A stretch of 61,866 nt of DNA, filler included, from Catajapyx aquilonaris (taxonomy: Eukaryota), in NCBI GenBank assembly GCA_000934665.2. It is 4 parts of 4 records of this genome, joined end to end, with 100 filler letters (N's around TTAATTAATTAA, not from the genome) between each part and the next. Parts side by side here need not be neighbours in the genome. Positions count along the whole stretch, not along the records: positions 1 to 15,180 come from KZ539705.1; 3 more parts are not named here. One strand, 5' to 3'. The translations under genes were made by a program, and so were the position numbers. Below the pieces are notes generated by a model, which was given only the letters and a program-made list of their open reading frames with translations, was not told the origin of the DNA and did not search any database. Below, piece after piece: positions 1-12,135 of the stretch (its first letter is position 1; each line of letters opens with the position of its first letter).

Positions 1-85
1 GGGGGGGCGAAATTTTCTCTGGGGCGAAATTTGTTGACTTCTCCTCCCACGATTTTCTATCTAGACACGGCACTTGAAGTACTCC

Positions 86-172
86 TCCCGTACCGCCGGC
101 CTAGAGACAGTCCTCACCCTTGGTGTTGGATGTCGCGTCATGCTTCTTCGAAATATAGACCTACAGGAGGGA
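86..172 (+). pseudogene. PIF1-family (Helitron-type) helicase fragment
   Basis: Manual translation SRTAGLETVLTLGVGCRVMLLRNIDLQEG fits the PIF1 2B-region consensus (GL..L.L.VG.RVML.RNID..G); it breaks off where GLVNG is expected. Confidence 0.7.
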
Positions 173-229
173 ACAAGAAAATCAACGGAAGAACTAGATT
201 CGTCGCCCCCTCTTCGTACTGCGTAAGAA

Positions 230-480
230 CATCTGTTGGAGGACCCTTCGTCCTGGAGGAGCAGCAGGACTGCAATGGAATTCCTCGAACATCTAGTGGA
301 GAAATTGCCCCCTCAAATTACACAATGGGAGACACACCAGCGCCGAGACCAGTACCAATGTAACTTCTGCAACGCCAAATGGGAAGGGGCAGAAATAACT
401 CATTGCTATATCTACCTCTTGTAGTCCCAAGACAGGAGAGTGTCATGTTCGACACCATGTTCCTGCAGAAGGACGAGTTT
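230..480 (+). pseudogene. Ubiquitin-specific protease (peptidase C19)-like fragment, frameshifted
   Basis: FVLEEQQD (to 270), one extra base at 271, then AMEFLEHLVEKL...YQCNFCN; resembles the USP QQDAxEFL box followed by the fingers-subdomain CxxC. Confidence 0.55.
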
Positions 481-3400
481 AGGCAAAATGTCAGAGTCAT
501 TCCTGAAATTCAGGTGCCACTAAAGGAGCCCATGGTAAAGTCTCAGGACGAATCCCTGTACTTCATATGAATGACTAAGAGCAGCATGAGGATTTAACTT
601 ACAATGGCGACTCCTTTAATTCAACTAAAGTTACCTCAACCCCCAAAAAATAAGCACTACTGATATTCTTTCAATCTTCCTCACCAAGATGTTAAACATT
701 ATAGTGGGATTATACAATTAAATGTCTCTCCCTTACACGTATTAAAAGAAACTGGTGACGGTCTTGAATACTTGATAGTAGCACTGACTGAGCACGTCAA
801 GATCAGCTGCAAGATTACAGGTACTAATGCAGGTAGCAGACATGGTGTCCTGAACTTCCAAATTGCCACTAACATAGACATGGGCGCAACAACCCAACAA
901 ACCCTATCAATCACGACCATGCCCAAGGTCGAGGAAGAAACGATTATGATGAACGTCACATTCGTCCTTCACTTCCCACAATAAAATAGTGACATGACGT
1001 CAGTTTTCTGAATATGCTACTGTGTCGCTATTAAAGAAGCATATCTCATTTTTAAATCAAGACTATTAGTACAAGTTAAAGATTCATTGCCACCGAAGGA
1101 TGAGTGACGCTGCCATATCATTTGTGTTGTGCAACAGGCTGTAAGGAAAGGGAAGAACCTTTCTGTGCCACGCTATTTGAAATGGGTATTCCACTGTGTC
1201 CACATAGGGATCAGTCCATATTACCTTCAGGAAAAGGAGAGTAATAAACATAGATGTGACGTAAAAGCAGGAGAAAATTGCCTTAGTATGTTGCCATTTC
1301 ACAATATTATTCGGTCACATGACTTTTTCGACTGCTCAATATTATAATAAGGAAACCAGACATAATTATGAGCTTATAACTTGTTAAAGAATTAACTGCT
1401 ATTGGAGCAGCGAATATCCTGAAAACTTACCAGTGTTAAACTCTTCACAGTAACATGTCATTCTCACGCCATTTCAGCTTAGTGTGCTCGAAGGGAAAAG
1501 AAGTGTGTTTAATACAGTGTCAGGAAATGGGAGGTACTGTACACCATCATTTACATATCGTGCCACCTTTGAGTGTCTGCAAGTGTAGTCAATTATATCT
1601 ACTTACAGGGTGCACAATAATTGGCCATACTCGTACGTATACAGTACATCAAATTCTTATATGAGCAGCTACGTATAAAATTGATTCCAATTTAGCATTT
1701 CTTACACATTAATGAGGGGCAAAGTTTTTAGAGAGAAATATCACGTCATTACGGTGAGGAGTAATGAGTTGGACACTGATAACCAAGACTCGAATTCCAA
1801 TGTCCAGAATGATTTACCAGCAAATGTGAAGTAAGTGTCCGACTAAGCCAAGTCACTTGACGAACCAAAGAATCACACATTCATACAATACCTACAGATA
1901 GAAATCCATATGCGATCATTTAGCAATTCCGGCTTTCATATTCCCGGCAGGCATGTTATTATGTCGAATATTTCAATCGCGAGAAGCACAATCTGTGTCC
2001 TACCAGCTTTTCCGCCTCAATAGAATATTATTGTTTCTGTATGTGCCATTTAATTATTTGCGATAACATTATACACAATATTTTTGGATACCCTTGCTTT
2101 ACAACCTTACAGGGAGGGACGAAATGGTCACCAACAAAGAGTCTGCATCTAGGTCAAAGCCAGTTCACAAACACTGCATGGTGGGCATGGGTCGGGAAAG
2201 AAGCGGAAATTTGGATGCTCTCCAATCAATCAATCCGGGTAGTGCTTGGACCCCTCTTGGGGTATTGCACGGACCTTCATTTATTAACTAGTACAATTTG
2301 TACACAACTGGAACCTTTAACGAAGTGCCCGGGCTCACTGGCAGGAAGCCAGGAACGGATGTGCAACGTCATGGGTGAGGTCATTTTGTGAACTCCCCCG
2401 GGTGGTTAGTCTAAGGAGTCCCACCAGAGACGAAGCCACAGATGGCCCAAACTCTTCACGAGATGAAGGGGGTGTCCCCGGGCTGGGATAGAACCCAGGA
2501 TCTTAACATCCGTGTGCGCGTTCGCCTCCCTGAATGCTCTCCAATAAGGCCCTGATAACATAAGATTCATGTGCAACAAATCCATCATGGACATCACAAT
2601 GAACAAGATGGGACAAATAACTGGACGTGTGTGACTGGAATGGTACGGTTTGTCCTTCTGCAGAAATGATCCCCTAAAAGGCCACAAAAGGTGAACTGAT
2701 AATTGTGATATTAGGAGCTTTGTTGCACTCCTGTGCAACCAACCCCACCAGCGACATTATCAGTTACACACCAAACATGTTATATGAAATCAAGAGGAGG
2801 ACGGAGATGAATGCTATCAATTTTTGATTGGTATTTATATTCAAATTTCAAAGCCCAAGCATAGATGCTGGGTGATGAAGCCAGCCTCCGACGTCAGATA
2901 TGTAAAGAGTGCTAAAATTTTCACCTTCATGCCCTACCCGAACCGTGTGTTAGTACATTGGAACAGTCACCATTTCTGTGGGTAGAGGGCCTCTAAACAG
3001 GTGCCACGCCAACTGCAATGTAAATTGTGCAGCCGTGACGTTGGTTGTACACTTTCACTAGTGACGTACGAGCTAAGAGCTGTTCTGAACTGGTGCTTCA
3101 CTTGCAAAACACTGGATGACTCTGAATCATGACATGACTCCTGAAGCTAATCGAACACTTTGTAATTGGATTAAAAGGCTCTGAACTTCCATCAGCAATA
3201 GCTCAGTCAGTGACATACATATCTGGGTCTTACGGCACAAAAGCTTCAGTCATAATCTACAAACAGACGCCTTCACTCAAACCCTTAACCCTTAAACATT
3301 ATATACTCCTCCTGACTGTGATGGACTGCATGTGCAGCCCACATATTACACCTGATATCGGTTGACGCCACATCTGGGCCTCTTGAGTCTAACAGTGATT

Positions 3401-4127
3401 TTGACTCAAGTCAGTGCTGACTGAAACAAAGTGAAAGTCCAAGACCAGTTAAGAGTACCGGTACTGAACTAACTTATAGGATTTCCAGAGACGAACCAGG
3501 CAAAACATTTCTGAAGTTCCATCTTGGAAATTGGAGTTAATATCCTTACTCAGTGTACACAGGAGTAGTGTGGACTAGTGGCAGATGGTTAACTTTGGTT
3601 GCAAGACAACATGAAAGGGTTCGCAAGCAATGAGGCTGAGAGGTACATATAAGTCTTGCTCTGAAAAAAAGGGTCTGGCAGAATAGGGCAGACCATATAA
3701 GAGATCAATCAGGCGATGTTGTGCTGAAAGGTGACTCACAAGGAACTGAAATAGTAACTAGAGACAATGCTCTGATGGTTAGTGTGCAGAAAAAAATGTG
3801 ACTCACATTAGCTTTTCTCAGATGCACAATGGACGGCTTATATTTTCATGAGAATCTTACGACGACAGACCAGAGGTGGCTTGGCCACTCTAAATTAGAG
3901 GCCACTACATGTCAGGCTGGAGATGACCAGTGCCAAAAAGACCAATGAAGGTGTCAGTCACATTGCGCCACAGTAAGAGAAGACATAAAAATATGGCTGA
4001 TCCTAAAGAACGAAAACAAAGGCAAGTACAAAGACAGAGAGCACCCCCAACTCTTATTGTACCCAGCAATAGTTGTCAGTAAGGTTGCCCCAAGCTGAAA
4101 TTGAATTGCTTGACATGTACGACGTAC

Positions 4128-4300
4128 GAAAATGGTAGACACGGACAAGATTATAAACGAATTCGTCGCGGCTAAGCCCAGGATGAAGAACTTCTAACAG
4201 TAAGTGTCCCTTTCCTTATGGCAGGAAGGAGTGGAATGGGGAAAAGGGGGGACGCTTTATCCGCCGCAGACCCAGGGCGCCATGGACAGAGTTACGCCAC
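4128..4300 (+). mobile_element. hAT-like transposon 3' remnant
   Basis: KMVDTDKIINEFVAAKPRMKNF* resembles hAT/ZMYM-type transposase C-termini; followed by a GC-rich end finishing TTACGCCACT. Confidence 0.4.
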
Positions 4301-4752
4301 TTCTATGAGGTGTAGTGAAACCAAAGAAATACACGCAGTGAGTAAAGAAGTAGACTTTTCTTCCCCTACCTACAGTACAATCAGTACTAATCAGTTGCTT
4401 TGAAGAGAGCCTTTGGTAACACCCTCATCCCATTACAGCATCCAGTGACTGCCTTCTGAAAAACTTCTTTATAAGCTCACTCTTTATCTACAAAGGAATA
4501 ACATCATTAAGCTGATAACAGCCAAATCATATCTTTCATATCGATTAATAGTCAAGGTCCCATTAAAAGGGAAATGTGCAAAAAAAAAAGTCAACATTTT
4601 TTCATAAAACAAGTACAGTGTGCAAACCTTCGAAGGTTGCATCTAATCATGAAAAGTGAGGTCGTGTCAGAACAACACGTGAAGTCAACTTAATATTTCA
4701 ACCAAGCCTTGTGCTAATTTTAAGCCACACCACATACCAGTAGCTTCATAAA

Positions 4753-5533
4753 CACCAGACTACCGAGAGTACTCTCAGAAGCACTGTACTATACAAGCAA
4801 TATAGCGAGATAGGTCAAGAGGGAATTAAATATAACTGGGTGACACAAGTCGAATCAACATTCAAGAAATTTGGTTTCACAATGAGAGAGATTTTAAATA
4901 ATTGTAACAACAAAACCCCAGGCAGAAACGCAAGCATTGTACAAAACATTAAAGACCAACTGAGAATGAGGGACATTGAAGCACTTAACCGTTCAGAAAC
5001 ATACAGATACTATATAGACATGCACTCATCACCTAACCCATCTGGATACTTATTATCAACGAACTTATCCTTAACTAATAAGAGGATAATATTAGCCATA
5101 AGAAACAATAGTAACTGGATCCCTCTGACACATGCCTCCTCTTTAACAATAGAGCCAGACAACTTATGCACAATTTGTGGCCAATCCAATAGAGAGAATT
5201 GGTACCACATCATTTTTGAATGTAGAATCTTAGAACAAAGAAGGAGGGATGTAAACTTAAATCATGTGTCCAGGCCCCAATTCTTGGTAGAGTTGGGCGA
5301 TATCAGTAATGAAAAATTTGAAATATTAAAAAGACTACTAAATACCTATTACAGATACAAACGAATAAGTGAAGATTAAAAGAATAGAGGTTTTAATACA
5401 CAAGATACGAGGAAAGTAACTAGACCACGGTGTTCCATAAAGAAAATTGTCGAGGTGGTGAAGTCCGCCCCCAAGTTAGGGGGGCGCAAAAGTGCTATGT
5501 TTTTCTAAAGAATGTAACAATATGTCAATAAAC

Positions 5534-5595
<62 letters not shown>
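4753..5595 (+). mobile_element. 5'-truncated non-LTR retrotransposon (LINE) with 14-bp target-site duplication
   Basis: ORF 4840-5379 carries the ORF2 C-terminal zinc motif CTIC...H...C; AATAAA near 5527, then a (TTA)n(TAG)n tail; AGTAGCTTCATAAA is duplicated at 4739-4752 and 5596-5609. Confidence 0.88.
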
Positions 5596-5600
<5 letters not shown>

Positions 5601-8600
5601 CTTCATAAAGCTAATTAAAATGAGCAACTAATTATTATCTTCGTTTCGAACAACCTGAATGATGCTCAGGTCGAGTAGCCGCCAAAAGGACCCATTTTCC
5701 TTCCCGTTTTGCATGCCACGGACTGGGCTTGGCCTGACCTGACAGCAGCGGGCAGGCCCCGGGGCAGACGGACAGCGGGCGGAACCCAACCGATTCCCAT
5801 GAAGACTAAGAGAACAATGAGAGACGTCGGTCGAATAGGAAGGATATACTCTAACAACCGTGCGTCGAACTGTCGAAGGACACAGTCACGTCGCGGGTGA
5901 AGGTAACGGCTATAAGAAGAGCCGTTATTGGCATATTATTTAAAGCGGCAGAACCGCTACTGGAAAATAGCGTTTAGATTCATCGTCAGGAGGACGCCAC
6001 TGGTAGGCCTGGAAATAAGGCAATGACGTCATCACCATTTTATCTCCAAGTGACGCCATCGCAGTTCCAACCCTGCCCGCTTCTTCCCTTTGTTCTTTTC
6101 TTCTGTTCCAAGAACTCGACGTGTGCTGCGCCTCTCTGTCAGCGTATTTGGGTCCCTCTCGCCCCGGGGCCGCCCCCCCGGGGGTGTGACCGCTGCCTGT
6201 CTGCCCGTAGTAGCTCCAAGGTAGCGTCACTGGTTAAGGGAGCCCAGATTTTTCCAGTATTGTTCCACAGCTGCTGTGTACATTTCTTGAGTGGTCACTA
6301 CACTACAGGTCGGGGGGTACTTGATTGTTATCCTTGGGGCATTGTTGCCTCCTGCTGCCGTGTCACATGCCTGGTGATTCGCCCTTTGTTTCGTTGTCGC
6401 ATCTTCTGTCTGTCTGCCGTCTCCATGCAATCGTGTAGCAGCCCTGAAAAATAATAATGGTGGTCGTCTCAACCATGTAGGAAAAGTTGGTCACAAATTG
6501 TCGCAGTTGCCCTACTGTTGGGCGCACAGTAGTACTGGAAGGGTCAACCAAGGTGGAAATGTCGTTTTGTGTATGCTTATGCACTCGAAACGTTGTTAGT
6601 TAATACTTAATAGGAGTAACTAATATTGAACTTTCAGCAATATTGTTGGTACTGGTATCCTACTGTGTGTGCTTTATTTATTAAATTACAACTTACACTT
6701 GTTAGTACTGTCTTAAGTAATGATTGAGTGTGGTTATTGAATATAAATATAGGCTATAACCTCATGACAGTGTGTAATGTTAATCTTGTGATAGAATAAT
6801 TGCAATGAAGATTGTGTAAATTATTATCAATGGGCAGGGATAATTATACAGAGGATTTGCATGTGTAATTTGCCTCAAGTGAGAGTATGATCAACACGAG
6901 TGATGTTTNNNNNCCCCCCCCCCCCCCCTTTTGTCTTGACCACGACATGATGCCACTTGACCAGTACAACTAGGACTTTTTATCTGGCTTTATGTAGACG
7001 ATCATTTGTAGACCTTTTGTACTAGTAGCAGTATTTCTTCTGGGTGTGGAATCCTGGTATCCCCAGCAGCTCACTCTCCTTGACAACGTATGAGGACTTC
7101 AATGTAGTGTAATGCTATCAGTTCACACATCCAGCTGCATGGACCAGTTTCTTCAAAATTGATTTGCTGTGGAAATCTACATAACTAATTTAGACAAAAA
7201 AAAACGACCTGAGAATATTCACTGTGCACATCACAGGCCGCTTGGTGCATCACTCGTTGCAATATATCTTACGTGCTGATTTTCTTACTTGCTGATTTTC
7301 TACCTCTACCACATTGGTCTTGCCTCCAGGTGTCTAAAACACGGATGGATTAGATTTAGGCCGTAATATAATTTTGAAGCTTTTTCTGAAGAAGTTTCTG
7401 TTCAGGGTAATGCTATTTTCCTGAAGGGAATCATAGTTTTGCCGTCGAAAGATATGTTGAATCGTTTCATTCATTTTCAGTGTATCCCTGAGAAAAAGGA
7501 AAGGTGTCGTGTGTGGATCTTTCACTACTGATCCTATTATCATCAATAAATTAGTTATTATTACTACTGTACTTCAGTCCACTTAAAGGTAATGCCAAAT
7601 TGTTACAGCTTCTCCTGTTCATAAGCAAAAATGAGAAAGGAAAATATCAGTTTAGCACCTGGATATACAAGTAAATGTCTTAATTTTCACACATTTGGCA
7701 CATCGTCATTGAATATTTTGTGCTATATTGTGACTCCGTGAATAAAGTTGTCCTTTTGTAGTCCTTCAATTTGGTCACTGTCGCACATGGTCATTTCGGA
7801 GTAAACCATGTATCCCCCTGGATGTATGTCGGATTTCGGCGGGATAGGTAGCATCTGTTCAGATTTGTCGGCAGATTGTCATTGCTTCTCTGGGGCCTGT
7901 GTCTCTCCTACTTGGGGTCGTCATGCTTTAGTAGTCAGAGACAGACAAAGACATGCCGGTAACTCATTTTCTACTTGCACTCTATACCTGAGTGTTACGA
8001 CTTCCTCAGGTATTCAGTACATGTGCGTTTTGGAACCTGTAAGTGAAACTACTGCCATTCGTTCGTCACCATATGACCTTCAAACTGCAGGATATTCTGT
8101 CTGTGAGCTTGTGCGTGCATATCCAGTAATAATGATAATAAATATTATTTGTAGTAGTAAAGTATTTTCCTCCATATAAATACATATTATGCATGAGACA
8201 CACATTTATAAATATTTCATCCCCTCATACAATCCGTAATGCAGCAGTCTGATCCTTGCCGTAAATGTTATTTCCCTTCTCTTTGACACGGTAAGAGGCA
8301 GATACATAATGTGGTTGTGAAATATTTCACCTGCAGTCGGAAAGCCTTTGCATATGGTTGGTGAACTGCATATGAAAATAATAATTTCCGTCAAATATGT
8401 TATTTTAAAAATTAAAAATAAATAAAGTCAAGCCAGCACGAAGAAGCCAAGAAGGATTGCAAGAGGTAAGATCAACTTGCGACTGGCATTCTAGTGATAC
8501 ATAAATTAATAAAGTTATTCGGCGCCTTGATCTCGGCCAGATGCCAAGAAGCGTGGTCGTTTTGTTTTGGACATAGAGCAGACCTGTTCTTTGGCAATTT

Positions 8601-10249
8601 ATTCAGTCTTGTCGAGTAACTCAGTTTTCTCGTCATTGTCATTGTAAGCAGGTACTTGTTCATGTTGTGGTAAGCAGCTAATTTAAAAAATAATATATAC
8701 ATAGCTACTTCTAAGAGAGTCGTGAGGCTAGTCTCTGGTCGTTATTCTTGGTCCGGTGGTCCCTCTATCCTAGTTCAATGCCATACTTGGTCTGACAATA
8801 AGGCCAAACTTAACACACCTGATGTTTCAGAATGGTTTTGACAAAAATTGTTGTACATGGCTGATGACGTCATAATAACATATGCGAGCCAAGAAAAACA
8901 CAGGAAGGGCTTTCGGTTGACTTAACATGGCGTGCAAAATGTGCAGCGATCGTGAATAATGCTAAGATGATTCATCGCTTATGTGCGTCTTGTCTTTTTG
9001 GTGGGAACTAATATATCCTTGATGTTCTTTCGTATTTACATAATTATGTTATCCTTAAAGATAGAATTGTCCCATGCTTATTGACGTTAGCTGGGGGTCA
9101 CTTCAATTCAAATTCACGAAAATTTATTGAGAAGAGAAATGTAACAGTCGTCAGCGGACCTGACTTGGACACATTTGAGATGATGTACGTATGACTGAAT
9201 GTTATGTTCTTGAAACGAAACCTCTTGTCACTAGCACTTGTTGTGACACATGGTTCGAATAAATTTATGAGGCTGTACTAGATGGCCAATTGATAATATT
9301 ATGTATATATTCGCATATGGAACAGCTACGTATTTTATTCCACATGCCGTCCGTATTTTGTAGGTTCTGGTGCACAACACCAGATTTGCATTTTTATTCA
9401 TGAACGTTCAGCTCTGCTTTAATCAGCCTCTTACTTCATAAAGATAGGGAAACATATTTTGCTATATTTGTTCTGGATTTAGCGTAAGTTGTTCCATTAT
9501 CGCTTAAGATGTGCCCAATGACCAAACAACTTAACTAATTCGAAGGGAAATGGGGGGGGGGGGGGCAGCTGGATGTTTGCTCTTCAACGAGGCAGTTGTC
9601 ATCTTACATGGGGCAGCAATGAAGAAGCCATGAAGAAGAGGTCGTTTTTTTTTGCTCTTACAAATAGGTGGTCCACTCCTTCATTACTTCGAAGTCAGGC
9701 AAAAGTTAGCTCAAACTGGATTGGTTATGTGCCTAGTTGGATAGTACACCTTCCTTCCCCGTTGCATTGACCTGGCTGTATATTTTTTCAGGTATTTAAC
9801 TCAGCCTCGCGTAGATATTCTTAGATATCTGTCACTGCCTCCCGGAGGTCATAGTTTACGACTTTCATCTTCAAGTGTCTAGAGATGTTTTATACTCGTA
9901 AATGATCCGCTTCGCAATAATATTGTGATGTGTTTTACCAAGAGCTAATAACTGGTTTTACACACTAGAAACCCTTTCTGGAACTAAATACGTCGCAATG
10001 GCAGGTAATCTTCTGTGCTTGGTTATGAGTTGTTATGTTGAGCAGTATATTTTATCCAGGAAGATGTGACATATGTGAAGAATGATTTATGTTCTGCTTC
10101 GATTTTTTTCGTATTGTGTATAAAGCTATTACTTATCTTATGCAGCGATATTCTTAGTAATGGCAACTAAGGAGCCTTCTACGTATGTCCAAACTTGATG
10201 ATATCGATTTATAAGAGTGGGACGGTACCTAGAATTATGTTCTAGAATA

Positions 10250-10915
10250 TCTAGATATTGGCCGGAACTGGGCAACGTCCCATTTCAATAATTAAAATAA
10301 TTCGTAGTCAAAAAATGAAAAATAATAAGGTTAAAAACAATATAGTTACATGCAAATAAATGCCAATGACAGCCACTTGTCTTATTTTCGCATTTGTGAA
10401 TAGTCCGATGCAGTAATTACAAGTAATGTGAAGCACTATATAGCCATAACNNNNNNNNNNNNNNNNNNNNNNNNNNNNNNNNNNNNNNNNNNNNNNNNNN
10501 NNNNNNNNNNNNNNNNNNNNNNNNNNNNNNNNNNNNNNNNNNCCCCCCCCCCCCCCGGTATTATATTATGTGAAGCTTAGCCATAACGTCGTAAGGAAAA
10601 GTAAGTGCTCAAGAATAAAGAAATAACTTACTTACATTAACGTTAACAATAGTATCTCTTTTGACGCTGACTGCTTTCATCCGTGGTCAAATCTAACATA
10701 ACAGACCTATTTATCGAAATATTTTGCCGGACCTGGGCAACGTCCCATTTCAATAATTATTAAAGTAATTCATAGTCATAAAATAAAAAATAACATTCAA
10801 ATAATACAGTTACATGCAAATAAATGCAAATGACAGTCACTTCCCTAATTATTATCGCATTTGTTAATAGTCCGGTGCTGTATAGGCCTACATATGTGAG
10901 GCTTAGCCATAACAA
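10250..10915. repeat. Diverged direct repeat (two ~200-bp copies) either side of an internal N gap
   Basis: GCCGGA.CTGGGCAACGTCCCATTTCAATAATT...TAGCCATAAC occurs at about 10260-10450 and about 10727-10913. Confidence 0.8.
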
Positions 10916-11789
10916 AATACACCAAAATTCATTTAAAAATAAGGACAATATTTTACATGGGTTTACAAAATGTACGATAGGACCCCATTGCAGCCCTAGC
11001 AGTATGGTGTGCGATAAGGACGACGAAAGCAAAGGAAAAAAATTTCTAATTACTGAGTGTAGTGAAGAATGAGAAAATTCCGGATAATTCAGATATCCCA
11101 ACCAATGAGGCGCGGCCAAAAGCTTAGGACACGAGTGGTACAGCCAGACACATACCTTTCGCATCTGGAGCACGACACAGCCTGGCACTTCATTTCATCC
11201 AGTAGCCTACCCGTGACTTGGTCGGTTCAACACTATCCGTACGAAGGAAGAAGCCGCCATGGGAATTTTATTCCATTCGGAATCTCGCTTGTGATCGTGG
11301 GTTTTTAGCCACATGTGATTGGGGTGCTGGAATGTGGGTGTGGTTCTTGTGTATACGGATGACAGCGGCTAACTTCATCAAGACAATCAAGTGATTGAGT
11401 GTTCTTGTCTTTTTACAGTCACATCAATGACATCATTGAACACATCAACAAGAGGGAAACACACTTAAGCCTACATCTGTATAGACTACAGGAAGAAAAT
11501 TGTATATCTTCTGATGCGGACAAAAAGTTTTTGTAAAATGTATTTGTAAGTCATGAGAACGAAATAGACGATTGCACAAGTAGATTCCACAACAATAATG
11601 TGTTTCATTACTCCATTTTGACACAAATTTTTTTTAAAGCAATATTTCCCCATATAAAATACATTGCAGTATTCTTGACCAGTATTAAGGACTAAACATC
11701 ACAGATAACATTACATAATCACGCATCACATTACATAAAAGGATGCAACATTACATAATTATCAAATATCAAAATTAATGGCATATCAT

Positions 11790-12120
11790 ATTCATTCATC
11801 TGAAACAGCCCAAGGCCCGCGTCCCGCTTGGCCTTCCTCATAGCCCTTCTCCTCCTGATTCTCGGCTGGCTACAATCGAGAATGCAGGGCCTGCTCCACC
11901 TCGTGTCGGACGCCGGAGTGAACCCCGACCGCCCGATCACGGGGCCGCCTGGTGTGAGTAATTGTCTGCGTGAATACTCAGTCATCTCCTGTGTACCTAC
12001 CTTCTCCCCTACTCCACATCCTCCGGGTCTGACTCGCGTGGAAGTCGTCGGCGTTATTTTCCCCCGCGTGTCCCCCGAGCCGCCCAATGAATTCCCTTCC
12101 ATGAATGAATGAATGAATGG
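11790..12120 (-). repeat. GC-rich short interspersed element bounded by (GAAT)n/(ATTC)n, possibly a retroposon
   Basis: Abrupt GC-rich block with ATTC repeats at the left and GAAT repeats at the right; it lies where the Helitron helicase ORF is cut off. Confidence 0.4.
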
Positions 12121-12135
12121 TATCTGGCGGCAGCT

